From contig NC_043002.1 of NCBI RefSeq assembly GCF_006345805.1, forward strand, positions 56,854,001-56,918,000: 64,000 nucleotides of DNA, in the 5' to 3' direction. Below are positions 36,612 to 49,333 of the stretch, piece after piece. The DNA comes from Octopus sinensis. Its lineage: Eukaryota. Position numbers and translations under genes: made by a program. Position 1 is the first letter of the stretch. Every line of letters starts with the position of its first letter. The notes under the pieces were generated by a model. That model had not been told where the DNA came from, made no database searches, and saw nothing but the letters and a program-made list of their open reading frames with translations.

Positions 36612-38093
36612 CGCGTATTTGATTGGTTATGGAGAGGCAGATGAAAGGTAAAAGTTAACTTTGGTTTACATCTGAACTCAGAATGTAGAGTCATATGCAT
36701 ATATCATCATCATCTCCACCACCACCACCACCACTGCTAGTCATCACTGCTGTTGTTTGTCTTCATCATTTTTTTTTTGCATCTGATTTCTCTGTACGGG
36801 TATGGATTGTGAACATCATAAAACAGCCATCCTTGCATATTCACACACGCACACACACACACACACACATTGATAATCATTTCATATCCATGGTCCATGT
36901 ATGTATGTATGTATGTATATGTATGTATGTATGTATGTACGTACTTACATACAGGCGGACGGACACATATACACATGCAGTAAAGAAGATACATGGCTAC
37001 CTCAGGAGAGAGGGGGAAGATACATTGACACATTAAATCATGAGATTTATATAAATATATAAGTAAAAAAAACAAAACAATAAGAACATAACGGACAACA
37101 ATAAAAACATACAGACAGATAGATGATACAAAAACAGACAGGAAAAACCAGGATGGATAACTGAATAAATTATATAACCTAAGGACTAGAATGACTTCAT
37201 GTCAGATGAATGCTTTCAATTATTAGTCTAACCCTAACCAATTCCCTTGTCCTCTATCCCGCATACTCGATAGTAATCCTTACCATTTTATTTTTCATTG
37301 AATGCTTCTTTCTCCTGAATATATTCTCATATTTTCCATTGATGAACCCTCCACCTTTTTTGTCCCTATATCCACCCCTGAGTGTCTCTGACCTTCACCT
37401 CTGTCCCTGTGCATCATCTCTCTCCTTCTCCCACACTTCTCATCATTGCCTTATTTCTAGCCTATAGTTTTATTATATTGTTGCTCTCTATCTCCTCTTC
37501 TTTAAGCAATGCCACCTATCACCTCCTCCTCCTCCTTGACCCTCTCTTATTTTTCCTTTACCTTCCTCTCATTCACCATTTATCTCCATCTCAAACCATT
37601 TGCTACTCTCCTTCCTCACTCTCATAAACCTCCCCACCCATTCCTGATTCTCAGTCCTTATTCTTTCTCTAAGTTTCTTGTATCTTGTGGATACACCCTG
37701 GCACTTCATCTCCACCATCCTCTCTCTGTTTCCAGCTGGGATAGTCATATATCTTCTCTACAGCAAGACATCCATCCCCATCCTTCGTACTTCAACCGCT
37801 CATCTCCTGACATAAATCCTCAATACTACATCCCCACTCAAGAGGGTCTGGTTTACAAGTTACTTGGTAACCCCACTGGTGTTGGTGCCATGTAAGAATT
37901 TAGTCCACTCAGTAAAGTGGTTGTCATTAGCAAGGGCACCCAACCATAGAAACCATGCGAAAATTGGAGTAATTTGAACTCAGAATGTAAAGACAGACAA
38001 AATACTGCTAAGCATTTTGCCAGGTGTGCTAATGTTTCAGCCACCTTGCCACCTTAGCCACTGCTACAATTTTTTTTCTACTCTGGGTACAAG

Positions 38094-38424
38094 GAGAGAG
38101 ATAACTGAAATTTTTTACTCGGTTTTTGTAGTGCGTACGTGTGTATGCACGTATGTGTATATGTATGTATGCATGTATGTGTGTGTGTGTATGTATCTAT
38201 GTATGTATGTGTGTGTGTGTATGTATGTATTTCCATTGAATCAACCTCATTATTTTCTACATAGCAGACTGTTACATAAACAGGCAAAGGTACATACATA
38301 CATACACACTCACACATACATAGATACATACACACACACATACATGCATACATACATATACACATACATGCATACACACGCACGCACTACAAAAACCGAG
38401 TAAAAAATTTCAGTTATCTCTCTC
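38094..38424. repeat. Inverted repeat with ~135-bp arms (unique + microsatellite sequence) and a ~60-bp spacer
   Basis: GAGAGAGATAACTGAAATTTTTTACTCGGTTTTTGTAGTGCG… mirrored by …CGCACTACAAAAACCGAGTAAAAAATTTCAGTTATCTCTCTC. Confidence 0.9.
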
Positions 38425-38699
38425 TTTCACACAGACAGATACATAAAAGAAGGCCCGTTTGAGGAAGTGAAAGTAATGGGAATGTATGAAATAAAGTGAG
38501 TATTGTGTGTTGGTGGTGGTGGCGATGATAATTATCATTAGGAAAAAGAGTGAGTGAGTGAGGAAGACATATACATAAGTTGTGGCGATGATAATTCTCC
38601 CTATTATCTGACGAACTTTACATTAAATAACGGGAGTGGACTTGTCAAAGTTATACATGAAGGGGAGTTAGAGGGGAATAGAGGAAATAGCGTGAGTGA

Positions 38700-38875
38700 G
38701 GAAGATGGCCCCTAGCAACCACACCTTTTAAGATAGGGATTTCTAAGGTAGCCCACGGGCATTGTCACCTCATTCTACATGTCCCTGTAAATTTCGGAGC
38801 GAATCGGACGGGACATAGTGGCATTGAAAGCAATCCAAGCGGTAAAAACGCATTTCAGTTTTATATATAGAGATA
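38700..38875 (+). mobile_element. Possible non-autonomous Helitron-like 3' remnant
   Basis: AAATTTCGGAGCGAATCGGACG…TTTTATATATAGAGAT resembles the ends of invertebrate non-autonomous Helitron-like elements; similar pattern at 53560-53720. Pattern recognition only. Confidence 0.3.
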
Positions 38876-41319
38876 TACAAATTATAAAAAAAAAATTGTA
38901 CAGTACAGAACTGTTTCTATTTTGCGGATTTTCACCTATCATATGGCAGGTTGGAATGTAACACCCACGATAGTTGAGGGATTACTGTACTGTTTTTTCA
39001 CACAATATGTCTAAGGCAGTGAGCTGGCAGAAGTGTTAGTACGCCAAGTGAAATACTTAGCGGTATTTCATCTGTCTTTATGTTCTGAGTTCAAATTCCG
39101 CCGAGGTCGACTTTGCCTTTCATCCTTTTGGGGTCAATAAATTAAGTACCAGTTGCTTGCTGGGGTTGATCTAATCAACTGGCCCCCTCCCCCAAAATTT
39201 CGCGCCTTATGCCTAGAGTAGACAAGAATATGTCTACAAAGGGATTTTTTTCCCTGACGAAAAGCATAGATTCTGGTTTTTCAACTACAAACATACATTA
39301 AGTATGCTGTATTGATGTTTACACACACACACACATGCATACATATATACATACATGCAGATATATATTTTACTTTATTCAGTTATTAGACTGTGGCCAT
39401 GCTGGGGCACTGCCCTGAAGAATTTTAGTTGAGAAAATTGACCCTAGTACTTGTTTTTTTAAAGGAACATGCACACACATATTTGTATGTATATGTGTGT
39501 ATGTATATATGTGTGTGAGTGTGTATATATATATATATAAATATATGTAAATATATATATATATATATATCATATTAGATGTGTTCATTGATAGAAATAG
39601 AGAATAAACTTCAGAAATGTGGAAGGGACCGGAATATTGATAAAGCAAAGAGCAAAACATACCTAATTTTTTCCTTAGTGAATCAGGTGACAACTTGAGG
39701 CATGCTGGGAATTTGAAATTCCAAAAATTATGAATAAGTTGAGTAGTAAAATATAAAAAAGTAGTATAAATAAAATATAAAATTCATCAGTACAAGAAAA
39801 AAAAACTAATAAAGATGCAAAAAAAAAAACAAATAGCAATATATGTGATTTTTTTTTGCTGCTTTTAAATTCCATAACAATAGTAAAAAAGAAAATTTCT
39901 GTAGAATGTGAATTGGCAAAGTTTGAGATCTTTTATTGAAAGTTAGTAACTCACAGGATTCCACAATAGTGATTAGAATAATTCTGGTTATTGATGAAAT
40001 ATAACAGAAGGAATTTTGTCAAATTTGAAGCAAGAGAATCAAAAGATAACAAAATGTATGTATATGTCTGCAATAATGTCCACATTCTTGTGATGTGAGT
40101 GTGTATGAATGCATGTATACGTGTGATTGCACAATTAAGGTGAGAAATACACATACATGCACAAACATATTATTTGAATAAGATAATAGTTTAAATGTTT
40201 AGGTGTATTTTGAAAATATTTAATGAATTTAATGAATGTACTAATGGGGGTTAGTGGTTTCTATTTGAGTCACGTAAAAATCTTTTTTTTTTTTTGCTTT
40301 CTTTTTTGTCTTCTTGTTTCTGTAAGGACTATATAACATAAAGGGACAGCTCAACCTCAGTATATCACTGGTATAAATTTTATTTAAGTAGAAGCAAAAT
40401 GACTAAAGTGAATAATGGTGTCGGGACTACCAGCATTTACATCTTGAGTTCAGCTCTTAACTTCCTGTACAACACAATACCACACAGGACTGCATCTGTC
40501 AGCCAGTCCTAAAACACACAATATCACAAGAAAAGTACTAACCGTGTTGACATTCATTTTAGAAGTTAAGACTCTAAAGTAAAGAAGAAAAGTCTGTTCT
40601 CTTCCTCTGTCCATTCATTTCTGTTCTGTAACAGAATCAGTTGAGGACTGGGCTTTTCACTTAACAAAAATTCTCAACAGAATTTTAACAGTTAACCTCA
40701 CTGCAAGTACTCATCTATTTTGGCAGTACACAGTTTTACATATATTAGTAGTTTACCTTGTTGCTGATGGGGGAAATAAGCACCAGTTTATCTGGGGTTT
40801 GTTACCTGAGATTGTCAGGTATTCTATATGGTGAAAAATTTAATCTTTCCTCTGCTTAACACCAAGAAACTTGAACTAATTTCCTGAAAGCCTCTTAGAG
40901 TTTAAGAGACATTTATTTACATTAAAATGTTTCTGTCAGTTCTGATAGAATGATGGACAAGTTATTTCCAATAAAGTTTGATTGCAAGAATCATTAGATG
41001 TCCTGAAGAATGTACCATCATTATGTATCACATCTGACTTCCTCTGCTTTGTTCAATAATAATGATATTGATGATGATGATGATGATGATGGTGGTGATA
41101 TTTCACTAGCAAGATCCTAGATAACGAATGTCAAACAATTGAATATCATTGCTAAAGCCATCATAGATAAACATGTAATGTTTCACTGCAAATTATAATT
41201 CATTATAAAAAAATCTAGCCTCTGTATAGATGTTAAACTCCTGGTCTGAAGTGTCACAGCAGATGCAACCCAAATCTCTTGTCAGGTACTTCAAAAGTAC
41301 TTCAGCCAAGTTTCCTCAA

Positions 41320-42060
41320 CACATATTTAGCACTGTTGCCAAAATCCCATGTTAGACATTTAGCAATGCAATTGTAGGTGTTTAATATTGGAAACAATCT
41401 CATAGTGTTTAGCACCATGGACAGTCTTTTTGCATGTGCATCAGATTGTAAAGTCTTTTTATAAATATTAAGAACTAAAGTCTCATTGTAGATATTTAGC
41501 AGTTGAACTATGTGTTTAGCACTAGACAGTATTATTTTAGGTGTTTAGTTTTGCATTTAAAATCATACTGCAGGTATTACTTATCACATTCTCATGTTTA
41601 GCTCCATAGGCTGTCTCACTTTGTGTTTAGCATTGCAGACAAAATCTTGTAAATGTTTAGCAATGAACACATTCTTCTTGGAGATGTTTAGCATTTCAGA
41701 TGAAGTTTCATTGGAGATGTTTAGTACTATAGACAGTCTTACAGTAGATGTTTAGTATTGCAGAAAAATCTCTTTACAAGTGTTTAGAGCTAAACACAGA
41801 CTCATTATTGATGTTCATCAATGAAGACAGTCCAGCCATAAACATTTAACATTACAAAACCATGTAGCTATTGAGCAATTATTGAGCAATGTAGACACAC
41901 CCCTTGTGGGTTATTAGAACTAGACACAGACTCAATGTTTAGATCTAGACACAATCTTAGTGCGGATGTTTAGCAGTGAAAAGAGGGTCATTGTAGGTGT
42001 TTAGCAACACACATTGCATTTTATTTAGATGCAGTTTCTTTGTTAGTGTTTAGCAATGAA
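41320..42060. repeat. Degenerate ~32-bp minisatellite with a conserved TGTTTAG(C) core
   Basis: Core starts at 41654, 41685, 41718, 41749, 41781 (spacing 31-33); roughly 20 recognisable units. Confidence 0.75.
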
Positions 42061-45000
42061 GACAAGTCAGACAACCTTTAACCTCCTGAGACATAGTGTC
42101 AGGTGTTTAAGATTGTAGCCAAAAGATTCCACTGCATCTGTTCAGAACTGTAAATGGTAACATCTGCTATGATGACCCACTGTAGAACATATATCACAAT
42201 AGAACCAAAACTGGTACAAGTTACCAAACACAAGAAATAGTTCCTTTCTAACTCATTTTTTTGAACATTTTTATTATCCATTTTTTTTTAGAGTTTACAG
42301 AAAGAAAATGGAAAAAAAAACCAACAAAACAAACCGGAAACAACTTCATATGTATCATCATCATCATCATCATCAAATCAAATCCATACGAAATTTTGTA
42401 ACTAGTATCCTTGATAAGGGCATGAATGTCACACAAACCACATTTTCTCTTCTTCCTCATATAAAGCATAATGATACCTCATACTTTACACAAGAAAGTC
42501 ATAAATCCTGTTTTTCTTGTCTCAAATTGGTGCTTTTATCTAATATCACTTTACACTGAAAATATTAGCACAATCATACTAACACACACAAGCAAACAGA
42601 TCTATCTATATATATATTTATACACACACACATACGTACATACCTGTATGTATGTGTATGTATATATCTATATATATATATATATACATATATATATGCA
42701 TACACACACATGTATGTAAATAGACTCGCTCACACACACACACCACACACACACATATATATAGTATTTATATTGAAGAATAAAGAAAATCTGGAGATTG
42801 TGTTCACACTTTCTGTTAGCCAGCTTAGTGTATCACTGATTTGTGTTCAAATCTCACCAGACTTGAGTTCAGCTTTCATTCTTCACGGGGTTTGATCAAC
42901 TAATAGATACCAGGAATATACTAGATTGATGTCAATTCATTCTGTTATTGTCTCCACTTAAAAATATGAGTTCATTGAGGGAATGAAGATATATTTGAAG
43001 TTTCTGACTTAGAGCGAGTGGCTCAGGATATAAGAAGGAGAGGAGAAAAAACCTTCAAGTCTGGAGAGAGAGAGAGAGAGAACATTTTGTGCTCATATCA
43101 CAATAAAGCCACTATCCTGTTCTATTGCCATGGCTGATAAAACTTGAGCATTTGGTTGTTAAAAAAACAAAAACAGGCAAAATTCCAGGATTTTAGTGTC
43201 TAAGAAAAATAGCATCTTGTAAACCTGTCCAACACATGTCAACATGGAAATATTAAAAATACATATGTACAACCAAAATGATGCTGTGTGTGTTTGTGAA
43301 AGTTAAGATATTTTTTTCATAAGTCATTATATAACACTTCCCATATTATTTATAGGAATCAGTGAGTACGTAATCTGTAAAAGATATATAATTATAAAGA
43401 AGACTTATCTTATATCCCCTCATTCTCTCATAAAGTACTCTTCCTGAAACATTAAATATTTTCTCTCCTCGTTGTTCACTAATCTACCTCTCAAACACTA
43501 GAACATTCTATTCAATATGTTTCTTATGGCTACAATCTGAATTGCGTGTGTGTGAGTGGAAGTGTTTATATGTAATGTTGTCTGCTGGTGCAGATATCTT
43601 GTGTGAAGTGTAGCCTACTAGGACTGACATTTTTCCATAAATATTAATCTGGTTTCTTCTTTAGCAATTTTCAAAATTTCTTACGATTCTCTTAATGATT
43701 TACACCCCAGATGGGAATAATTCCAATTGTTGAAAGCAAGTGTTGTTTAAAATAAACCTGTGCCTTGACCAGAATTAACTTTATATCACAGAGGATGAGA
43801 AAAAGGGAGGATAAAGTGTTTTGGAATATATAAACACACAAAAAAACAATTAGCAGCTGTTTTGTGTTATGAGGTGGGGTGAGGGGCGAGTGTAAACTAA
43901 TAAACAAAATGTAGTTAATTACATTGAAGGTACTCAAGTATTTTATTATAGACTCAGTGTTGGGATTAGATGAAGGGAGGCCTTAGGCTATTACATTTGT
44001 GAGGCCACTCGCAAAGGGATCTATGATAGTTTCAAAGATATAATACACCTTAGGGAGTAGTTGATAGGCTTTAACATTCCTTGTCTAGCACAGGAAATAC
44101 TATTAGAGAGCCGACTCCACTCACAGAGTTCTAGTTCAAGTTCAGAGCCATTTTTACTCTATCAAACAGCTTCTGTCTTCAGAAGAGAAAGGACCCAAAC
44201 TATTGCCATTTACCTCTATCTTAACTGAAAATATTCTAGCCTTATGTCTATTTGGAAGAAGCAATAGCAGATATTATAATATAGCCTTATCTCTTGCTAT
44301 TTTATTGCCATGAAAACCTTTGTGGTCTCTAATAACATAGACACCAGGTGTTGGATGTCCGTGTCCGATGACAGAAGATAGTCTTCTGTACACCTGTCAT
44401 CTCAGGTAGAACATGTAATCTTTACCAGGGTCTGGATCCAAGGATAAGATAGATCAAGATGTTTGAAACAACTCTTGTCTTTCACTGAGTCCAGCAGCAG
44501 TTTCTCTTGTTCTTTTTCCTCCAGACCCATAAGAAGTTACATTCAACACTGTATATTAATTAAACATTTGTAAATTTTACAGTGTTTCTGCTCACAGCAG
44601 GGAATCTCTCCTACTCTGTAAACTTACAGTTAAATTAATTGGGTCATTTGATAGGGGACAGGATGGAGGCCAGTCCTTGCACACTCGACCAACCTACAAG
44701 AACCAGCTCTGCTACTTTCTATATGAAAGCAAGAAAATATAAAAAAAAAAGCAAGCACTATGTTTCCTGTTTTGTACACTTAAAATTATTTCTGTCAGAT
44801 TGTGGTAATTAATGGGTAATATATACAGACAACAAGACATGTCAGATCATGTAAACATACCTCAATGGTTCTCAACCATTTTTACATATGGACCCCTTTC
44901 ATTATTGTTTTACTTTGGTTAACCCCTCCCTTCCCCCATAGCCATTTAAGAACTAGTTTATAGAGATTTCTTTGAAAATTCTTTTTTTTTTCACACATTC

Positions 45001-47170
45001 ACTTGTGTAGGTTTCCTACATCACCCTCTGAGAGAACATGTTCTCAGCCATGGAAACATGTTAAACTATGTAAAACATTAGAGAAAGAAAGCTGGCCGTT
45101 TCTTGCTGTAAATAGATCTGAAGCAAAATCTCTTAAAATATTACTGTGGAGCCCTATTATTTTGCTTGTGCGGACTCCAGTTTAGATCCACTGTCTTAAA
45201 TGAAATAAGTGAGGATTTGCTTTTAGTTTATGAAACAAGTTTATGTTAACCAGGATAGGGGACAGAAAAGGGCAGGTATATGGAATCATGGGGAAACCAA
45301 GATATGGGGAGAGAGAGAAAAGGGTTAATGTATCAGTTGTCAATTGTGTTGGATGGTGGTGAGGGGATGTACCTAGAGGGGAATCCAAATATCAATAGAT
45401 TATTGACAGGTTATCAATATATTAGCCCCAGTCATTTTGATTATTGATAAACCACAAAAAATTGTTCCAATATGCCATAATCATTGTCAAAGTTGGAGAG
45501 CACATAAAAACCTAACTGAATTGAATCTTCTGTTCTGTGTAATTCTCTACAGATTGTTTTGGTTGGTTCCAGTGCTTCTGGGCTGCACTAGATGAACCTT
45601 CCAACCAATATGGTGACATTGTCTTGAAGTAATCTTGTAGCTTCAAGATTTTGAAAACAATTGTTTAATTTTAGAATGATATTGTACAGTAGTTGTGAGA
45701 GGCTGGATCTGGCCAGTGTGAACATAAAACACATAGAATAATTTGGCTGGAAGTGGCCAGTTTAAATGCTAAAGGGTTAATATTTGTGTTTCACAAGATT
45801 CTAAGACAGAAATGCCAGCAGTGACTGATTTTGCTCTTCAGCAATAAAATCAATCAGTTTGGTTCTTTGACCAACTCAACCCTCTCGACTTTCCTTTTCA
45901 CCAACCATTAATCATTATTACTTGGGACTCACAGTCAGTTTCACTCTAATTAATCCAGTGACATTTTAGAACAGAGATAATCAACCAAATACTTCAATGT
46001 TGCCCCATTTCTTTCTGTTTCACAATCTCATGGTTATTCATGCTCCAATGATTTTCCAGTTGTGTGCAGTGTAGCATGACAAGTCCTTAGATGGCAGCCA
46101 GCTTATTGACTTGTGTAAGTCTACAGCAGAAACAGTCAGTTACTGCTGTTGAGGAGTCCTGATCGGCTTTTATAGGGCAGATCTAGGACACAGATTTGTA
46201 TGCTATTGTCTGTCATCCTATTTTATTATGAAGCATTTGTTGTCCTTAAATGTATGTAGTTTCCATTTTTAAAAAATGGCAGCTGACAAATAGTGGTTGT
46301 CATTATTGTACCTGCATTATCATAATTATTGTAATAAGCTAGCAGAATCGTTAGAGCAGCGGAAGAAATGTTCAGTGGCATTTCTTTTGGCTTTACAAGT
46401 TCAAATGGCACCAAGGTCAACTTTCATCCTTTCACTCAAGTACTGGGACCCCTCCCTTCAAAATTGCTGGCCTTGTGTCAAAGTTAAAATTATTATTGTA
46501 CCTGTCAATGTGGTACTATAGTTGCTGTTGTACAATTCTGCTAAGCGCAACTTAAAACAGATCCATGGCATATTGTTAGCCTTTCAAAGAACAATTTTAT
46601 TTCCTTGGTGTTTTAGTGGGAAGGCGAGGGGGTTTGAAACCTGGTACTGGTAAGAAGTTTGCTTCCCAATCACATGGTTCGAGGTTCAGTTCCACAGCAT
46701 GGCACCTTGAGCAAGTGTCTTCTATTATAGCCTATGACTGAGCAAAGCCTTGTGAGTGGATTTGGTAAATGGAAACTGAAAGAAGCCTATCGTGTGTGTG
46801 TGTGTGTATATATATATCATTTAACGTCCATCTTCCAAGCATGCATGGGTTGGACTTTAATATATGTCATTGCGTGTCTGTCTCACCACTGCCACCATTT
46901 GACAACCAGTGTTGGAGTGTTTATGTTCCCATAACTTAACAGTTCAGCAAAAGAGAATGATAGAATAAGTACTGAGAACATTGATAAAGAGAGAGACAAT
47001 GAGACTTAGTGGGGGCAGGGATGGGGAAAGAAAATGAGAGATCAAGAGAAGTGGAGGGGGAGAAACACAAAGAAGTCAGATGGATCTAAGCTAAAAGAAA
47101 ATCTTTCCAAAACAAAAAGACATTTCTAAAAACTTACCATTGATTATATTCTAAACACACATTCCCATAA

Positions 47171-47203
<33 letters not shown>

Positions 47204-48039
47204 CATACACTCTCATACATATGCACACACACATGCCTGCATAAAGGCATCATTCTACACACACACACACAGACTTAGTACAGTAATTTGGTGATACTGC
47301 TAATAACCAATATGAAAAATCCGAGGCACTTGCAACAAACTTGCTTATTCCATGTTCTGGTGTCACCCCCCTCCCCCCGGTAGTAATTCTAATATTGTCT
47401 TGTTAGTACATGTACTAATGTATTATTTACTGCATATACTATTTTCGTACATGTACTGATATATTTATTTTAGTCAGTATGAACACTTATGTTTATTCCC
47501 TTATCACATGTAGAGATTATTATCATCATCATCATCATTAGTAGTACTGCCTTATCACATGTATTGTTATATAAATCCATTAAGAAATTGCACTGATCGT
47601 AAATATTCTTTATTATTTTTTTTTGGTGGAGGGGGAAGGGGGGGATGTGTTTTCACACACACACACACACACACACAGTGCATGTACTTCACATTTTACA
47701 CCTATACAGATGTAAAATTATAAAAACAAACAACAAAAAAACAATAAAAACAACAAAAACAACAAGAAATAAACAAACAAACAATTGGTTCTTTCTCCAA
47801 ATGAAAACCAAGTTTTAAGTATTGTTAGTTTGAAGGAGATGTGTAGGAGAGAGAGAGATGGGGGTAGGGAAATGTCAAAGACAGCCAACAAAACAATTAA
47901 GAATTCTGGCTCCTTGTTACACAATTAGTTCTGTTTATTTTATGCATTTTTTTTTGTTCATCTTTGTTTATATTTATTTTCTTTTTTAAAAGGTGAGAGA
48001 GAGAGAGAGAAGAAAATTCGACCAGTGTCATTTTGGTGC

Positions 48040-48984
48040 TCAAGCATCAGTAATTTCGGTAAGCTTCACTTCTTCATAACTCGATGAACTGTTGCTATGT
48101 TCCGAAGCAGTGTCACTTTCTATTTCAACAAGCTGTGGTGGTTGTTGCTGCTGCTGCTGTGCTTCTGTTGGTTGCAGCTGCTGTGGCCGTTCGGGTTGCT
48201 CGGATGATATAGAACTTTCATTTGCGGCAGCGGCAGTGAAACCTGTGTTGGCAGAAGCGGCAAGGTTGTGAGCGTGGTGAGGAGTACTTGTCTCCTCGGA
48301 ACCAAGTCCAGAGTCTTGAAGTGTCGATAACAACGACTCACTGAATCCAGACTCTTCGAGACGTGAACTAATGCTCTCCTGCATGGTGGCCTCTATGACC
48401 ACAGGGGCAGCGTTCTCTATTTCTGGGGAGGAGTTGTCCATATCTCCAGCTAATGATGCAATTTGTGAAGGAAGATCAAAAGGGGAATGAGTTGTTTCTT
48501 GAATACTGGATGGTGGGCCTACATGTTCATCTTCCTCTTCTTGTGTTTTAAAGTTTTCAAGATTCTCCCATTCTTGGTCATCGTCAACTGAACCAGGTGA
48601 AAGTTGCGGTTTGGAAAAAAAGGGTGTTATGTCCTCGGCTGGAGTTAGGGATTTTTCTCTGCTCTCGGATTTCGAAGACTCAGTTATTTCTCTTGCAGGT
48701 TCCTCGTTAAACTCTGCAGTTGCTGTGGTATTTGTCGAACCATCACTGGCGACATTAGACAAAGTCGACACGCTCCGATGAGAGAGTTCACTTGTTGAAT
48801 CATTGGAATGACTTTTGGAAGTTTCAGTGGCAGAGATGCTTTCTTCACCATCGGAACCCTGCTCATCAGAAGTTGACTGAGCTTCTGCAACGTAGAACTC
48901 ATTCTGTTTGGCTAAAGGAGCAATGAAGTGAATGTTGCAGTCATCATAAACTTCTAGGATCGGATGAGCACACAGACGTCTTTC
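48040..48984 (-). CDS. Terminal coding exon of an unidentified gene; short folded-looking segment followed by an acidic Ser/Glu/Gln-rich tail
   Basis: Acceptor TTTTGTTTCATTGCAG ending at 48985, 314 codons to TGA (48040-48042), phase-0 start, coding-like GC content. Confidence 0.88.
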   Translation of the reverse strand, partial: ERRLCAHPILEVYDDCNIHFIAPLAKQNEFYVAEAQSTSDEQGSDGEESISATETSKSHSNDSTSELSHRSVSTLSNVASDGSTNTTATAEFNEEPAREITESSKSESREKSLTPAEDITPFFSKPQLSPGSVDDDQEWENLENFKTQEEEDEHVGPPSSIQETTHSPFDLPSQIASLAGDMDNSSPEIENAAPVVIEATMQESISSRLEESGFSESLLSTLQDSGLGSEETSTPHHAHNLAASANTGFTAAAANESSISSEQPERPQQLQPTEAQQQQQQPPQLVEIESDTASEHSNSSSSYEEVKLTEITDA

Positions 48985-49298
48985 CTGCAATGAAACAAAA
49001 TAGGAAAATTAATTACATTATAAATATTATTATTATATATCATCAATATCACCATTTAATATCCTTGTTGCATGATGACATGAATCAGATGGTATATATA
49101 TATATATATATTTGGTACGGATGCCATATAAAAAGCACCCAGTTCACTCTGTAAAGTGGTTGGCATTAAGAAGGGCATCCAACTGTAGCTACCATGTCAA
49201 AGGAGAATATGGAACCTGGTGCAGCTCCAGGCCTTGCCAGCTTCTATCAAACCATCCAACCCATGCTAGCATAGAAAACAGATGTTAAATGATGGTCT

Positions 49299-49333
<35 letters not shown>

